From contig JAHBMJ010000499.1 of the NCBI GenBank assembly GCA_018398765.1, positions 1-64,000 of the forward strand: a DNA stretch of 64,000 nt, given 5' to 3'. The stretch's first letter is position 1, and the number at the start of each line of letters is the position of its first letter. The notes under the pieces are model-generated. The model saw only the letters and a program-made list of their open reading frames with translations, was not told the origin of the DNA and did not search any database. The position numbers were made by a program, and so were the translations under genes. The DNA comes from Chromera velia. Its lineage: Eukaryota. This document shows, one piece after another, positions 37,926 through 49,778 of the stretch.

Positions 37926-38075
37926 ATTGTGTTCTGATTCACTCTGTTGCACACTGAAGAACTTAGGGAAAGGAAATACCACCTCTGTATTAATACCACC
38001 TCCCCTCCCTCACATATTGACACTTGGAAGCTCTCGTCACCGGCCCAATACTCTTCTTACTGGCTGGGGTCTTCA

Positions 38076-41000
38076 ATGGACATGGCCCTCTGGGATGATC
38101 TGAACAAGATGGTGCTGCAAATAAAGCGCAACTTGAACAACACTTTTCTTATCTTTCTGTTCAGAGTGCAGCAGACAGAGCAGCGCAAGTAGAGGAGTGG
38201 GAGGTATTTCTCGCTCCCGAAGTGCACCCTTGTCTCCACTACTCTCTCTCTCAAGATGTCGTCAAGACGTCCAGGGGGGCGGAGGGGGGGCTATGATAGG
38301 GACAGGGAGAGGGACAGAGACGATCAGTATGATAGAGGTGGGGAGGACTTTGAGTCGGAGCGCCCTGATGACGGGGAGAGTCGGTACGAAGATGAGGAGG
38401 ACGACTACAAATACGAGTATGAGGCGATGCGGAAGAAGTATCAAGACATGAAGAGTCTCAAACTGACTCTAGAGAGGAAACTGGAGACGGCCCAATCAGA
38501 GCTCACTCATGAGAAGAAGCGGACTGCCCAGCTGGAGGACCGGCTGAAAAAACAGGAGATGAAAGAGAAGAATCTGCAGGACGAGCTTGACGTTGCCAAG
38601 TCGAAGACTCCGGCTCTTGACGGTGCTGATGAGCACAGCAAGGGAGTGATCAAATCTCACCTTCAGGAGAAAGACGCTCTTCTGAAGCAGTTGGAAGACT
38701 TGAAGGAGGAGAATGCGGTCTTTGCAGAGCAGGTACAGGTGCTGGAGGAAGACAAGGCAGAGCTGATTGCACGGTGCAACTACCTGGAGGACAAGCAGGC
38801 AGAGGAGGATGCATTGGTGAGGTCTCTTGAAGTGACTGTGCCACCCAACCCTTGCTGATGGGAGGGGGGAGTAGTGAATAATGACAGGTGGCCCCATCAG
38901 GGTATTTCCCAGCTATCATTGGTCGGATTGGGTAAGGGAAGGTGCAGCAGCAGTGACGAAGTAAAGGGAAGGGTGATTTATGGGTGGGAGTGGAGTGGAA
39001 GTGGGGGGGGGAGAAAATCGGACAGACTTTTGCTCTCCTTGTCTTTGCTCCATTGCTTCGAACAGAAAGCGCTGTACATGTGCCACGCGAACCCAGTCAC
39101 AAAGAGATACATACACACGCGCATACAAAGAAAAACGGACGGAGGGGGCGGGGTGAAGGGAGAAAGAGGTGCAGAAAAAAGAGGAAAACAGAGAGCAAAA
39201 GAAATCAATCGCCTGATGGCAAATGTGGCCATTCATTCATTCCACACTCACTGTTGGCATCTATCTGCGCTGTGTCTCTGCAGCAAGAGGCGGCAGAGGA
39301 CCGCGAAGCAGAGCTCCGAGCTCAGGTGCAGACTTTGGCAGCGACCTTGGAAGAAAAGAACCTCCAGGTGGAAGCACAGTCCAGGTAGGGGGGTTGTGCT
39401 AAAGGGAATCAAAGGAGCTCTGAACGATGCCGATCGTAATCGTCAAAAAAGGAAGAGCTTTTTTTCTTAATTTTGATGACGACATCTTTTGACAAAAAAA
39501 CTCTGAAAAGGGAAGCAGGGAAGGAAGGAAGGACAGAATGGAGGAAGGAGAGACATCTCCTCCCGACAATTTGCATGCTGTCCAGAGGTCTTTGAAAAGA
39601 GTTGCCCAGGTTGCTCTGTTTCCCTCTGTGAGTGAGTGAGTGAGTGAGTGAGTGAGTGAGTGTGTGGCTAAACTGATGAATCAGAAATCGATCCATGTTA
39701 TATTTTCTGACGCCTTCTGCCTGCCCTCTTTCCTTCTGCACCCCCCCCCTCCCATGCCCTTCCTTTCCTTTCCTTCTCGATGACTGATTGATCATCAGAT
39801 TCGAGCAGGAGTACGACAGCCGAGTGGGCGCCATCGTGGCAGAGAAAGACCTCGAGGTCGCAGATCTGAAGAAGAAAAATGCTCTCCTGCTCGGAAGGGG
39901 TCAGTCAGTCAGTAGAGGGAAAAAAAAGATTTCTGCCAGCTAGACAAGCAACTCATCGCACGAAGCATTTTTTGTTTTTGGGGATACACAGAAAGAAAAA
40001 GATTGTGCCGCGCCTTTTTGACCTGCCAGGTTTCTTTTCTTTGTCTGTTCCCAGCTCCGAAGTCAGTTTTGTCATGTGTCTCTCTCTCTTTGTGTTTGTG
40101 CAGCAAAGCAGCTGGAGGAGGAAGTTTCGGTTTTGCGGAGATTGAAGGGACTCCAATTGAATTTGGGTGTGGGAGGCTCCGAAGAGGTCACGTCTGTGGA
40201 GCAGCTTGCGGGTATTCTGATGGACAAGTCGAATGAGGCAGATGCGTTGCGGGAGGAATTAGCAGATTTCAAGAGACGTTTTGGCTTGATGCTCGACGAG
40301 GGAGGTGGTCCTTCGGGTGTGTGGAAGGAGAAACTGAACGAGACACAAGGGGAGTTGAAGAGAGCAGAAGACAGGCTGCAAAGAGCACAGGAAGCAGAGA
40401 AGGCAAAGGATGCAGACATTACGCGTATGGCTGCAAGGATGAGACAGTACGAGCAGCAGTTTGGGATTGAGGAGGCAATGCGGTTGGTTGATGAGCTGGA
40501 GAGAGACAAGAGCAGGCTTGAGAGAGAGACGGGAGAGCTAAAGAGGCTTCAAGGTGATTTCCTTGAAGAGGCCCAAGAGCTTGTGCATGAGAACAAACTG
40601 TTGAGGCAGATGGCAGATGTGCCTGCCGACTACGGATTAGACCTGTCTCAAATGAAAATCGCTTCCCAAGTTCTTGCCCAAGGAGCGGTTGCAAGAGCAA
40701 AGCATTTAGAGAGGGAAGTATTGGATCTGGAGGAAGAGAGAGTGGAACTTCGAATGAAGTTGCGGTCGATGGCCTCCCTTACTGCTCACAAGGCTGTCGT
40801 ATTCCATGGACTCTCAGCAGACCAGATGTTGCAGGCAAGTCGTTTGTGTTCTATGTTGTTCCTTTTCTTTGAATTATCTGGTACTTTAGGGAAGGTTTTT
40901 CTCTCTTTTCGCTTTCGGGTAAATCTTCAAGTCGACTCTCCTTATGCTTTGATTGGTCGGCTGCGATGGTTTCTTTCGCCCACTGCTTCGAATATTCGAT

Positions 41001-44000
41001 CTGTCTCCTCTCCTCCCCCGTTGCAGGTGGAAGCGTTTGCAGACTCTCTCCGTCGGGGCGTCATCAAGCTCCCCTTGGACGATCGCAGCGTTGAGCTGAA
41101 AAAGCAGGTCGGTCAGATGCGATGAAGGAAGGGAAGGAGGGAGGGAGGGAGACTCAAGCTGAAGTGGGAAAAGCACGAGGGATGGCCCTAAGTCTCTTCA
41201 TGTAGCTTGGAAGGAACAGACTTGGACTGGGAAGGACATTGTGATCAGATGATGTAGGGCGAGGCTTCTCTCATTCAACTTTCAAGGTTCTCATTTCTCT
41301 CATTCTCTCATTCAACTTTCAAGGTTCTCATTTCTCTCATTCTCTCACTCGACTTTCAAGGTTCTCATTTCTCTCATTCTCTCATTCGACGGAAGTCTCT
41401 CACGTTCGTGAGACAGGTGGACAGTGCGAGGAAGAAAAACTAGTGCATAAACATTTCTGTCCTGCTCTCTCCTTCTTTATCGCCGTCGTGCAGGTAGATG
41501 ATTTGGCGCGCCGGCTGCAAGATAAGGAGCGAGAGGTCAGTTGGGAGCGATTTGTGGGGAAACGGAATTCCTTTGCACACTGGGGGGGTCTGGGTGGTTC
41601 TTGTTCTGGTGCAGGCATTTTTTTCACTTTTCGATGGTATCAAATGTATGCCGACATGCTTGTTCTACTTACACATGCATGGCTCAAAGGGCGTTCTGAC
41701 TGTGCAGCTAGCTCCTTTCCCTTCCCCGAGGGTGCTCTCTTTATGCCGTGGTTCTACTCCTCTCTATTTTTTGTTCCGTTCTTCTAATGGCATTTTTTCT
41801 CCTCTAAGAGAAAGCCGAAGGTACGTACAAGAAGAAGAATCGCATAGAATAGTCTGGCGTACCGTGTGATTCTGTTTTCCCCCTGCATGCAGGCCGAGAA
41901 GGAACTTGCGCGCCACGTGGACCTGAAAGTTCAGCAGGTGGTCGAGGCAACAGAGCGCGTGACCTCTCTGGAAGAACAGAACGACGCCTTGAGAGAAGAA
42001 AACGAGCGGATGGGAAGTGCACTCCAGAGGCTGGGTGATCTTCTGGAGGACAGCAATCGGAAGATTCAAGAAGGCAGAGACACGCAGAAACAAGACATGG
42101 AACTGGTACTGCACGAAGTACGTTGGTGAACGAAATTTTTCTGTAGAGCTGTGTCGGTCGGTGTACGGGTAGAGAGGGAGAAACTCTCTGTGTGTTTGTT
42201 CATGTCTGCTTTTTGTTTTAGTTTGTTGTCTTTCATCTTTGTTTCAAACTCGATCTCAAAAGAGCAGCAGTGCCCTGAAAGGAAAATGCAAAAACGTTCT
42301 CTTCCGAACACGCTCTAACCGGGTTCTTCAAGCACCCCAATTTTATTTTGTACTTCTTTTTGACCCCCCCCCCCCCCNNNNNNNNNNNNNNNNNNNNNNN
42401 NNNNNNNNNNNNNNNNNNNNNNNNNNNNNNNNNNNNNNNNNNNNNNNNNNNNNNNNNNNNNNNNNNNNNNNNNNNNNNNNNNNNNNNNNNNNNNNNNNNN
42501 NNNNNNNNNNNNNNNNNNNNNNNNNNNNNNNNNNNNNNNNNNNNNNNNNNNNNNNNNNNNNNNNNNNNNNNNNNNNNNNNNNNNNNNNNNNNNNNNNNNN
42601 NNNNNNNNNNNNNNNNNNNNNNNNNNNNNNNNNNNNNNNNNNNNNNNNNNNNNNNNNNNNNNNNNNNNNNNNNNNNNNNNNNNNNNNNNNNNNNNCCCCC
42701 CCCCCTCTGTGTGTGTATGTGTGTGCAGCTATCGATTCTCCACTCGTCCCTGAAACAGGGAGAGCTGGCGAGGGCACAGGGCGGCCTCGCTCTGCAGAGA
42801 CAGGGACAGGCTGGACCCCAGCAGATGGCTCTGCCTGCGGGTGCTGGTGCCGCAGTACCGCGGTCTCAGGATGCACTGAGGGAGTATGCAATGGGCAGAC
42901 TGCTGGGGGGAGGCGGGGACGGAAGGAGGGGGATTGACGTCGAAAGCTTCCCTCCTGTGCCAATTCCCAATCTCACAGGTTGGTCTGTCGGTTGGTTGGT
43001 TGGGCTCGTCTGGTTTTGTTTGGCTGCCTCCCGGTTGTCTTTCCGTCTGCCGGTGTGTCTGTTTGTGCGTTTGTGCGTGTGCCCATGTGTGCGCACGTGA
43101 GTGTGTGTGTGTGTGTACCCACATTTTCTTCCCCCCTCCCTTCCTCCCCCTGCCCGCAGGTCTCTCGTCTGCTCCCACTGCGTACTCGTTCTCCCTGGGG
43201 CGGCAGATCGCTGTCCCTTTTGAGGTCCAGGAGGCCTGTGGGTCTCTCGACACCCTCTACGCTCAGCTGGTGGAGGCAATGGAGGAAATCAGAAGGTTGC
43301 AGGAGACCAACAAATACCTGAAGAGTGTCAGTCAGTGTGGCGGGGAGGGTGGGTGGAATAAGGAGGGGGTCCCCATCTTTCTTTCTTTTGCCAACAAAGA
43401 CAGTGGAAGGAAGCAAGAGGACGAAAAAGGAGAAAGAAAACATCCAGAGCATCTAGGAGAGGGACTGAAAGACGGGAGCTACATGAATGCTGTCGGACGA
43501 GAAAGTCAGGCTTAGTGACAGAAAAAAACGCGTCTAAGTGTGACGGACAAAATGACTGTGTGTCTGAATCTAGCCTCTCCGCATGCCCGCCTTCTGTCTG
43601 TCTGTCTGTCTGTCTGTCTCTGAAGAAGAAACATATGGTCTGTCTGTCTCTGCAGGACACCGAGCATCTCGAGGGCCAATTTGATAAGGCAGTCGCTCAA
43701 CAGGAAGTTCTCTACACCGACTACTTCAAGGTCAGGAATTGAGGCAGAAAGACAGACAGACAGACGTCCAATGACTGAGAAAAGAAAAGAAAACTTCGCT
43801 CCCTCACAGAGTAATTCTCATGACATCAAACAATCAGCTTTCTTTCTGAGCGAGCCGAGCCGCTAATCCCCGTGTGCTCTTCTTACGTGTCTCCCCACGG
43901 TCCTTTCCTTCTTTCAGCATTTTTTTCATCTGCTGCACATTTGACCTCCCCCAATCAAGAGGTCTATCTGAACTACTACGCAAACACATTTTTGCCAAAT

Positions 44001-44070
44001 TTCTTCAGTCGAGTGATGCCGGCATTGCCAATCTCTCCTTCAATTATCCCGCCGTTATCTCCCTTCCTCT

Positions 44071-44115
<45 letters not shown>

Positions 44116-45904
44116 AAGAAGAGGCAATTTGAAGAAGAGCTGTCGGAAATGAGAGAAGCGCTTCGTCGTGCTGAGGAAGGACGGGCGGTTGTCGCAAAGG
44201 AGAGGGACCTCCTCAGAGAAAGGGTTGGTGGATGGGCTCTTTTTTTGTCTGTGTGCGCCCCTCTCTCTGTCTCTCTGTCTCTCAGTCTCTCTTTCTGCGC
44301 ATGTGGCTCCCTTCCCTTTTGTTGTTTGTTGACCACTCGGCTGGTTGCATGCTGTCACGGCTCAAAGGGCCGAGGAAGGATCATCTGCAACTCTCTGTCT
44401 GTCTGTCTGTCTGTATGTATGTCTGCATCTGTGAATCAAAGAAAATGTTTCCCTTCCACCGTTTTTTTTGCCGTTTTGCAGTTGAGCTTCCAGTACGATT
44501 CTCTGAAATCGGAAGACGAGCGTGTCAGATTTGAGCTTCTCGAGCGTCTGGCTGCTGCTGAGGGGAACGAAAGCGTCCTCGCAAGGAAACTGGAGGTAGA
44601 GAGACAGGAACACAGAGCGCTGCAGAAAGCCAACGACAGCCTGGAGCAGGAGCACGCGGAGGTTGCGTCATTCCTCCAGAAGAGAGTGGGACAACTGGCT
44701 GCATACAAGAAGAGAGCTTCCAATGTGATCAGGTGGGTGGGACTTTCCTGCTTCCATTGCAACATTTGCCCGCGTTGGTTTTTGTGTGGAAAAACAATTG
44801 AAGCTTCAGGAGAATTTCTCAGGTGGTGGTAGGGCGTGCAAGCCGAATTGAACTTCTTCGGGCGCGTCTTTGAGTGCACGTCTCCACGACAAGGCTAGGA
44901 AAAGGAAAACAGTCTTTTGGAGATGTCTCTTCATCTCTCTCTCTCTCTCACTCACTCACTCACTCTCTCTCTCTCTCTGTGGGTGTGTGTGGGTGCGTGT
45001 GTTGATCTCATTTGTGTCTTTGGCTGTGTCCGTGCAGGGGGTTCCATCAACGACAAAGGGAGACCGTCGGCAAAGCTGACCATGAACTGTTGGCGAGACA
45101 GAAGGATCTTCAGGTTCGCTTGCCTGCCTGTCTGTCTGCCTGCCTGCCTGCCTGTCTGCCTGCGAATAAGGTGGCAAGACATCGTTTCTCTATTCATTCT
45201 CGAGTTTCCTCTATCTTTTTCCGCCAGTCCACTCTGGTCTCTGTATGGATGTCATATCGATATGTGTCCAGGAATTGACTTTCGTATCCAAGGAGCAGAA
45301 AGATTCTGCGCGGAATTATTTTGTGTTTCTTGAGTCGAAGATTGCATACGCAACTGAAAGCCAGTATCAATAGTAAGTGGGGGACGTTACACTGCGGTTC
45401 TTCTTCATTTGTTTATCTTTTTATTGTCTTCTTCGCTTTGATGTCTGTGACCTTCCTTCCTCCTTTCCCCTCGATGTTGGTTGCATGCAGGAACTTCGAT
45501 GCGCCGAACTGCTGAAGAGGCAAACGCGTCTGTTGTCTCAGAGAGCGGATATACAGGCCTCTCTATTGGAAATGCAGGTCGGTCGGTCGGTAGGTTCGGT
45601 AGTTGGAAGTTCTGGGATGCTGAGAAATGAGTCGGCAGGGTCTTGCAGCTGTATTGGGCGTTTGGATGGGTGCCGTGGGGGCAATGTGACGGAGACATGA
45701 CAAACGCTGACCAGTGAAAACATCTTTGTGTGCGTCGTTCCTTCCACGAACGGTCGGTTTGAGCTCAGAAGAGACTGAAAGAGGAAAGAGAGAGCAAGGT
45801 ACATGTAATATTTGTGTTCGAGTTTGAATGAAGGGGGCGGGAAGATAGACGGAGAAGCCTCCTCGTTCATGCAGGGCCGCGTCTCTGTGTGTGTATGCAC
45901 TTGC

Positions 45905-45964
<60 letters not shown>

Positions 45965-48900
45965 TCACGTCCTTTTCTGTTCTGTGCACAGGAGGTGAGG
46001 GACGCCAATGCTCTGCTGAAGCTCTTGCAAGGAGAGACGGAGACGGAGATGACTGCCCTTCGAAGCCGTCTGGAAAATCTGGACCCCGACTTCCGACTGC
46101 AGTCCCAGGCCTGTCGGAGAGTCGTCAGACAACTCAGGGAAGCAGGCATCGCGTCCTATCTGGCATTTGAGAGAGACCTGTGCGAGTTCGCTGCGATGGA
46201 TTCGACAGGAGTGAGTCTGTCTTCTGTCTGTCTGTCTGTTTGTGTGGGGAGGGGTTTTGAGCACAATTCTTTTTGAGCGCAAACATTTGCCTGCCCGTCG
46301 TCGACCTTTGAGGTGTCCGTCGCGCATTTGGCTCTCTGCATGCCCTGCGTTGAAGTCAATGGCTAGGGGTCTGCATGGATTTTGTTGGTGCCGTGTGCGT
46401 GTGTGTCATCAGCTGCATGGATGACTGGAGACATGCAGTGGGGCAGGCGGGCCTGCAATGCGATGTGGCTTTTCAGCGCCGCATTTCCTCTTCTGCCCTA
46501 TTTCTTTCAGTCTCTCGTTTTTGTGAATTATGACTTGGCGTCTGCTCTGACACAATTCTGCCGCTATGTGGGCTCGTGCGTCTGTTGTCAGGCTGCTGGA
46601 GGTAAAATCTCCCGTGATGGCCTCTGGGCTTTCTTCGCCAAGCTTCGGGTGGTCCCAGATAAACGGACTCGGAATCTCTTCATGCAGAGTTGCAGCAGGT
46701 GGGTGCTTTCTTTTCCTTGAGTCACCTCGCTGTTTGTGTCCATAAAATGAATCAGTGCTTTGCTCTCAGACTTTTGGTTGTTGAATGTCCTTTTACGTGT
46801 TTCGTGGCAGGGAAACGGCGTGTTTGTGCGGGCGTCGGGGAGACTTCCTCTCAACGGGATTCAGAGTACGGCAAGCAGGCTGCTTTGTGTTGTGCTCTAT
46901 TCGTGCTCACGCGCACAGCGCAAAGTGGAATACGCACATTTTATTTTTGATTCATTATTTCTCTTTGCAGCCCGACCAGCGAGAAGTTTCTTCCTCTTGA
47001 CGCTGTTCTCTCCCGCCTGCGTCTTTTCGGCCTGCGCGTTTTGTCTGGAGAAGAAGAGTTCTTCGTTCGTCTGCTGGACTCCCTTCGGACGCGGGGCATG
47101 ACTCCGGATGATTTCGTGCGGACAATTTTCCCCTCAGCTCCCCCCGAGTCTGTGGTGGACTGTGACGAGATCGAGAGGGTCCTCAAGAACGTCCTGTCTC
47201 CTCCTCTGCTCAAGAACGAATTCGCAGAGGTAAGTGGGTTTGCATGAGAATGGGTTTGCATGAGAGAGAATGGGTTTGCATGAGAGAGAATGGGTTTGCA
47301 TGAGAATGGGTTTGCATGAGAATGGGTTTGCATGAGAGAGAATGGGTTTGCATGAGAGAGAATGGGTGCAATTGCATGAGAATGGGTTTGCATGAGAGAG
47401 AATGGGTTTGCATGAGAGAGAATGGGTTTGCATGAGAGAGAATGGGTTTGCATGAGAGAGAATGGGTTTGCATGAGAGAGAATGGGTGCAATTGCATGAG
47501 AGAGAAGAGAACGGAGGAGGAGAGACAGATGCACATTGCACAATTAAAGCTAATTAAGGGAAAAAGCTAATTAATTAAAGGAGACAGATGCACATTGCTG
47601 GGGTGCTCAGAGGACGTGTTTTGCACAAGACATCCGAAAAGATATGCATTCTGCAAGAAGGGGCGACAGGAGCTGTGTCTCCGTGCCAACTCAGAAAAGG
47701 AAGAGGAAAGGAAAGGCGAAGAGCAGTTTCTTTATTTCTTTTCCTGCAAACACCAGGGGGGACCCTCGGCGCACAAAATGTGAGAAAAATAGGATGACAT
47801 CGCTCTGAAACCTGCAGGGTTCAGGTACACTAAGTTTCGAGTCGGATCCTTCTCTCATTTTTCTTTTTCGTCTTTCATTTTTCTCTTCAAGCTTAGCGTC
47901 TTCTCAAACTGGAAAGTGACGATCATCCGCATGCAATTCAAAAGGGATTGTTGTTCACTGGAGACTCTTCTCAATTGTTGATTGTGCCCGTCCCTTCAGG
48001 TGTGCGGCTTTCTCGGAATGGACCCCGAGAACCGCCCAGAGCCCGAGAGGGGGGACGCCCTTCCTGGGGGGCTGGCTCCTCTGCCTGAGGCGGGGACCTC
48101 AGATCCGCAGGCGGCAGGGGACTCTGCACTTCAGAAGGCGGTCAAGCCGTCTCCTTCTCTCATGAAGCGCAGGAAGAAGAAACAAGCACGAAAGAGAGGC
48201 AGAAAGGAGGGGGCCAAACCGTTCCAGGCACCTGCGGATTTGGTCTTGCAGTTGATCAGAGAGAAACTCAGTGCGGCTGCAGCGGCGGCCCCGATGGACT
48301 GTGGTCACGGAGGTGGGGGGGCAGGAAGTGCAGAGGAGGACGAGGAGGAATTGACGGGAGCTGCCGAGAAGAGACGAGAACGGTTGAGGAAGCACAGACA
48401 AGAGATGATGGGAGAGGAGATCAAACTTGCTTTAGAGTTGAATTCTGTGATTTTGAAGGAGGGTCTCTCCCTCCAGGCTGCACTGAACCTCTTCGACCCC
48501 GACAACGATGGTATCGTCACGAGATTGGAATTCCGCAAAGCCTGTGTGACTCTGTACCCTCGTTGCTCCTCCAAGAGGGCGGATTTACTTTTTGATTTGT
48601 TTGTGTCAGGAAAGGATCTGGAGGGGGATGAAGAAAGGGACCAGGCAGCAGAGAGGCAGAGAGAACTTCCAGACGACATCCCGCCATCCGAGGGCCTCTG
48701 GAAAGACGCCCTGGTCGAGAGATTTGGTAATTTCGTCAAGAGACAAACGTCGGTAGTCTGTGTCGAGTGGTTGAGTGAGCTGAAGGAATTCGGCTGGAAG
48801 GATCTCCTCTGCTAAACTTCTCTCTCTCTACGTCCACCCTGCTAAGAGATCTGGGTCTTCGTGCATGGTCGTTCATTGGTATTTCCTTCCTGTTTTCCTT

Positions 48901-49742
48901 TCGCCCTGGGATTGTTTGGTCGGCTCAGAAACTTTTTTTTTCGTGCATGCTTCTGTTTTGGTATTTTCATTCGCAGTGCCAAGAAGAAACAGAGGGTTCT
49001 CTCTCCAGCGCTTCAGCGTAGCATGGCCGCTATTTTAAAAAACCAGCGCACAAACATTTTTCTGCACGCCTGTCCTTTGCAGGTCTGCCGTGACGATTCA
49101 ACAGTCCTTCCGACGAAACAGGTGGAAGCGCAGACGGAGACCTGGACAGACTCGAGATGGGGCACAGACAGACGGCGCTACCGAGGGAGGTCAGACTGCG
49201 TTGGCCCTCCCCGGAAACGCTGGTGGAGGTGTAGGAGGAGGGGCAACAACAAGTACGGAGGCGGACATCCAGCTGTTCATGGCGGAGGGTCGCGAGGCTG
49301 CAGCTCGTCGACGTCTGGCGGTGTTGGAGCAGAAGCTGCAGGCGTCTCAGGGCACACAGAGACGTTTGGAGAGGCAGTCGGAGGAACTTGAGGAGGACCT
49401 GGCGAGGGTATCGGAGGATCTTCTAAGGGAGAGGAGCAGAAGAGTGAAGGCAGAACACCTCCTTCAGACAGACTACGTGGAGGTCCGGAGGGTGGAGGAG
49501 GCCCTGATTGAGAGAGACAACCTCAGAAGGGATCACGAGACTCTTCATGACAGGTAAGGGGGAAGGGGAGAGCAAAGAGCCGGGGGAAGGGAAGAGAAAG
49601 TGACAGGATAAAAGTGCATCCGCCCGCAGACTGACAGCCAGGCAGAGTTCTTGACAGGCAGACGGACAGCGAACAAGGAAGAGAGAGAGGGGTGACATCC
49701 GTTTTCATTCTTTTCACGTTTCGGTTTTGTGTGACTCGTGAA

Positions 49743-49778
<36 letters not shown>

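Noticed and set aside
47235..47506. Possible CRISPR array or interstitial telomere
   Set aside because: Units abut with no unique spacers, the context is eukaryotic, and GGGTTT occurs once per 16-24 bp rather than as a tandem telomeric heptamer.
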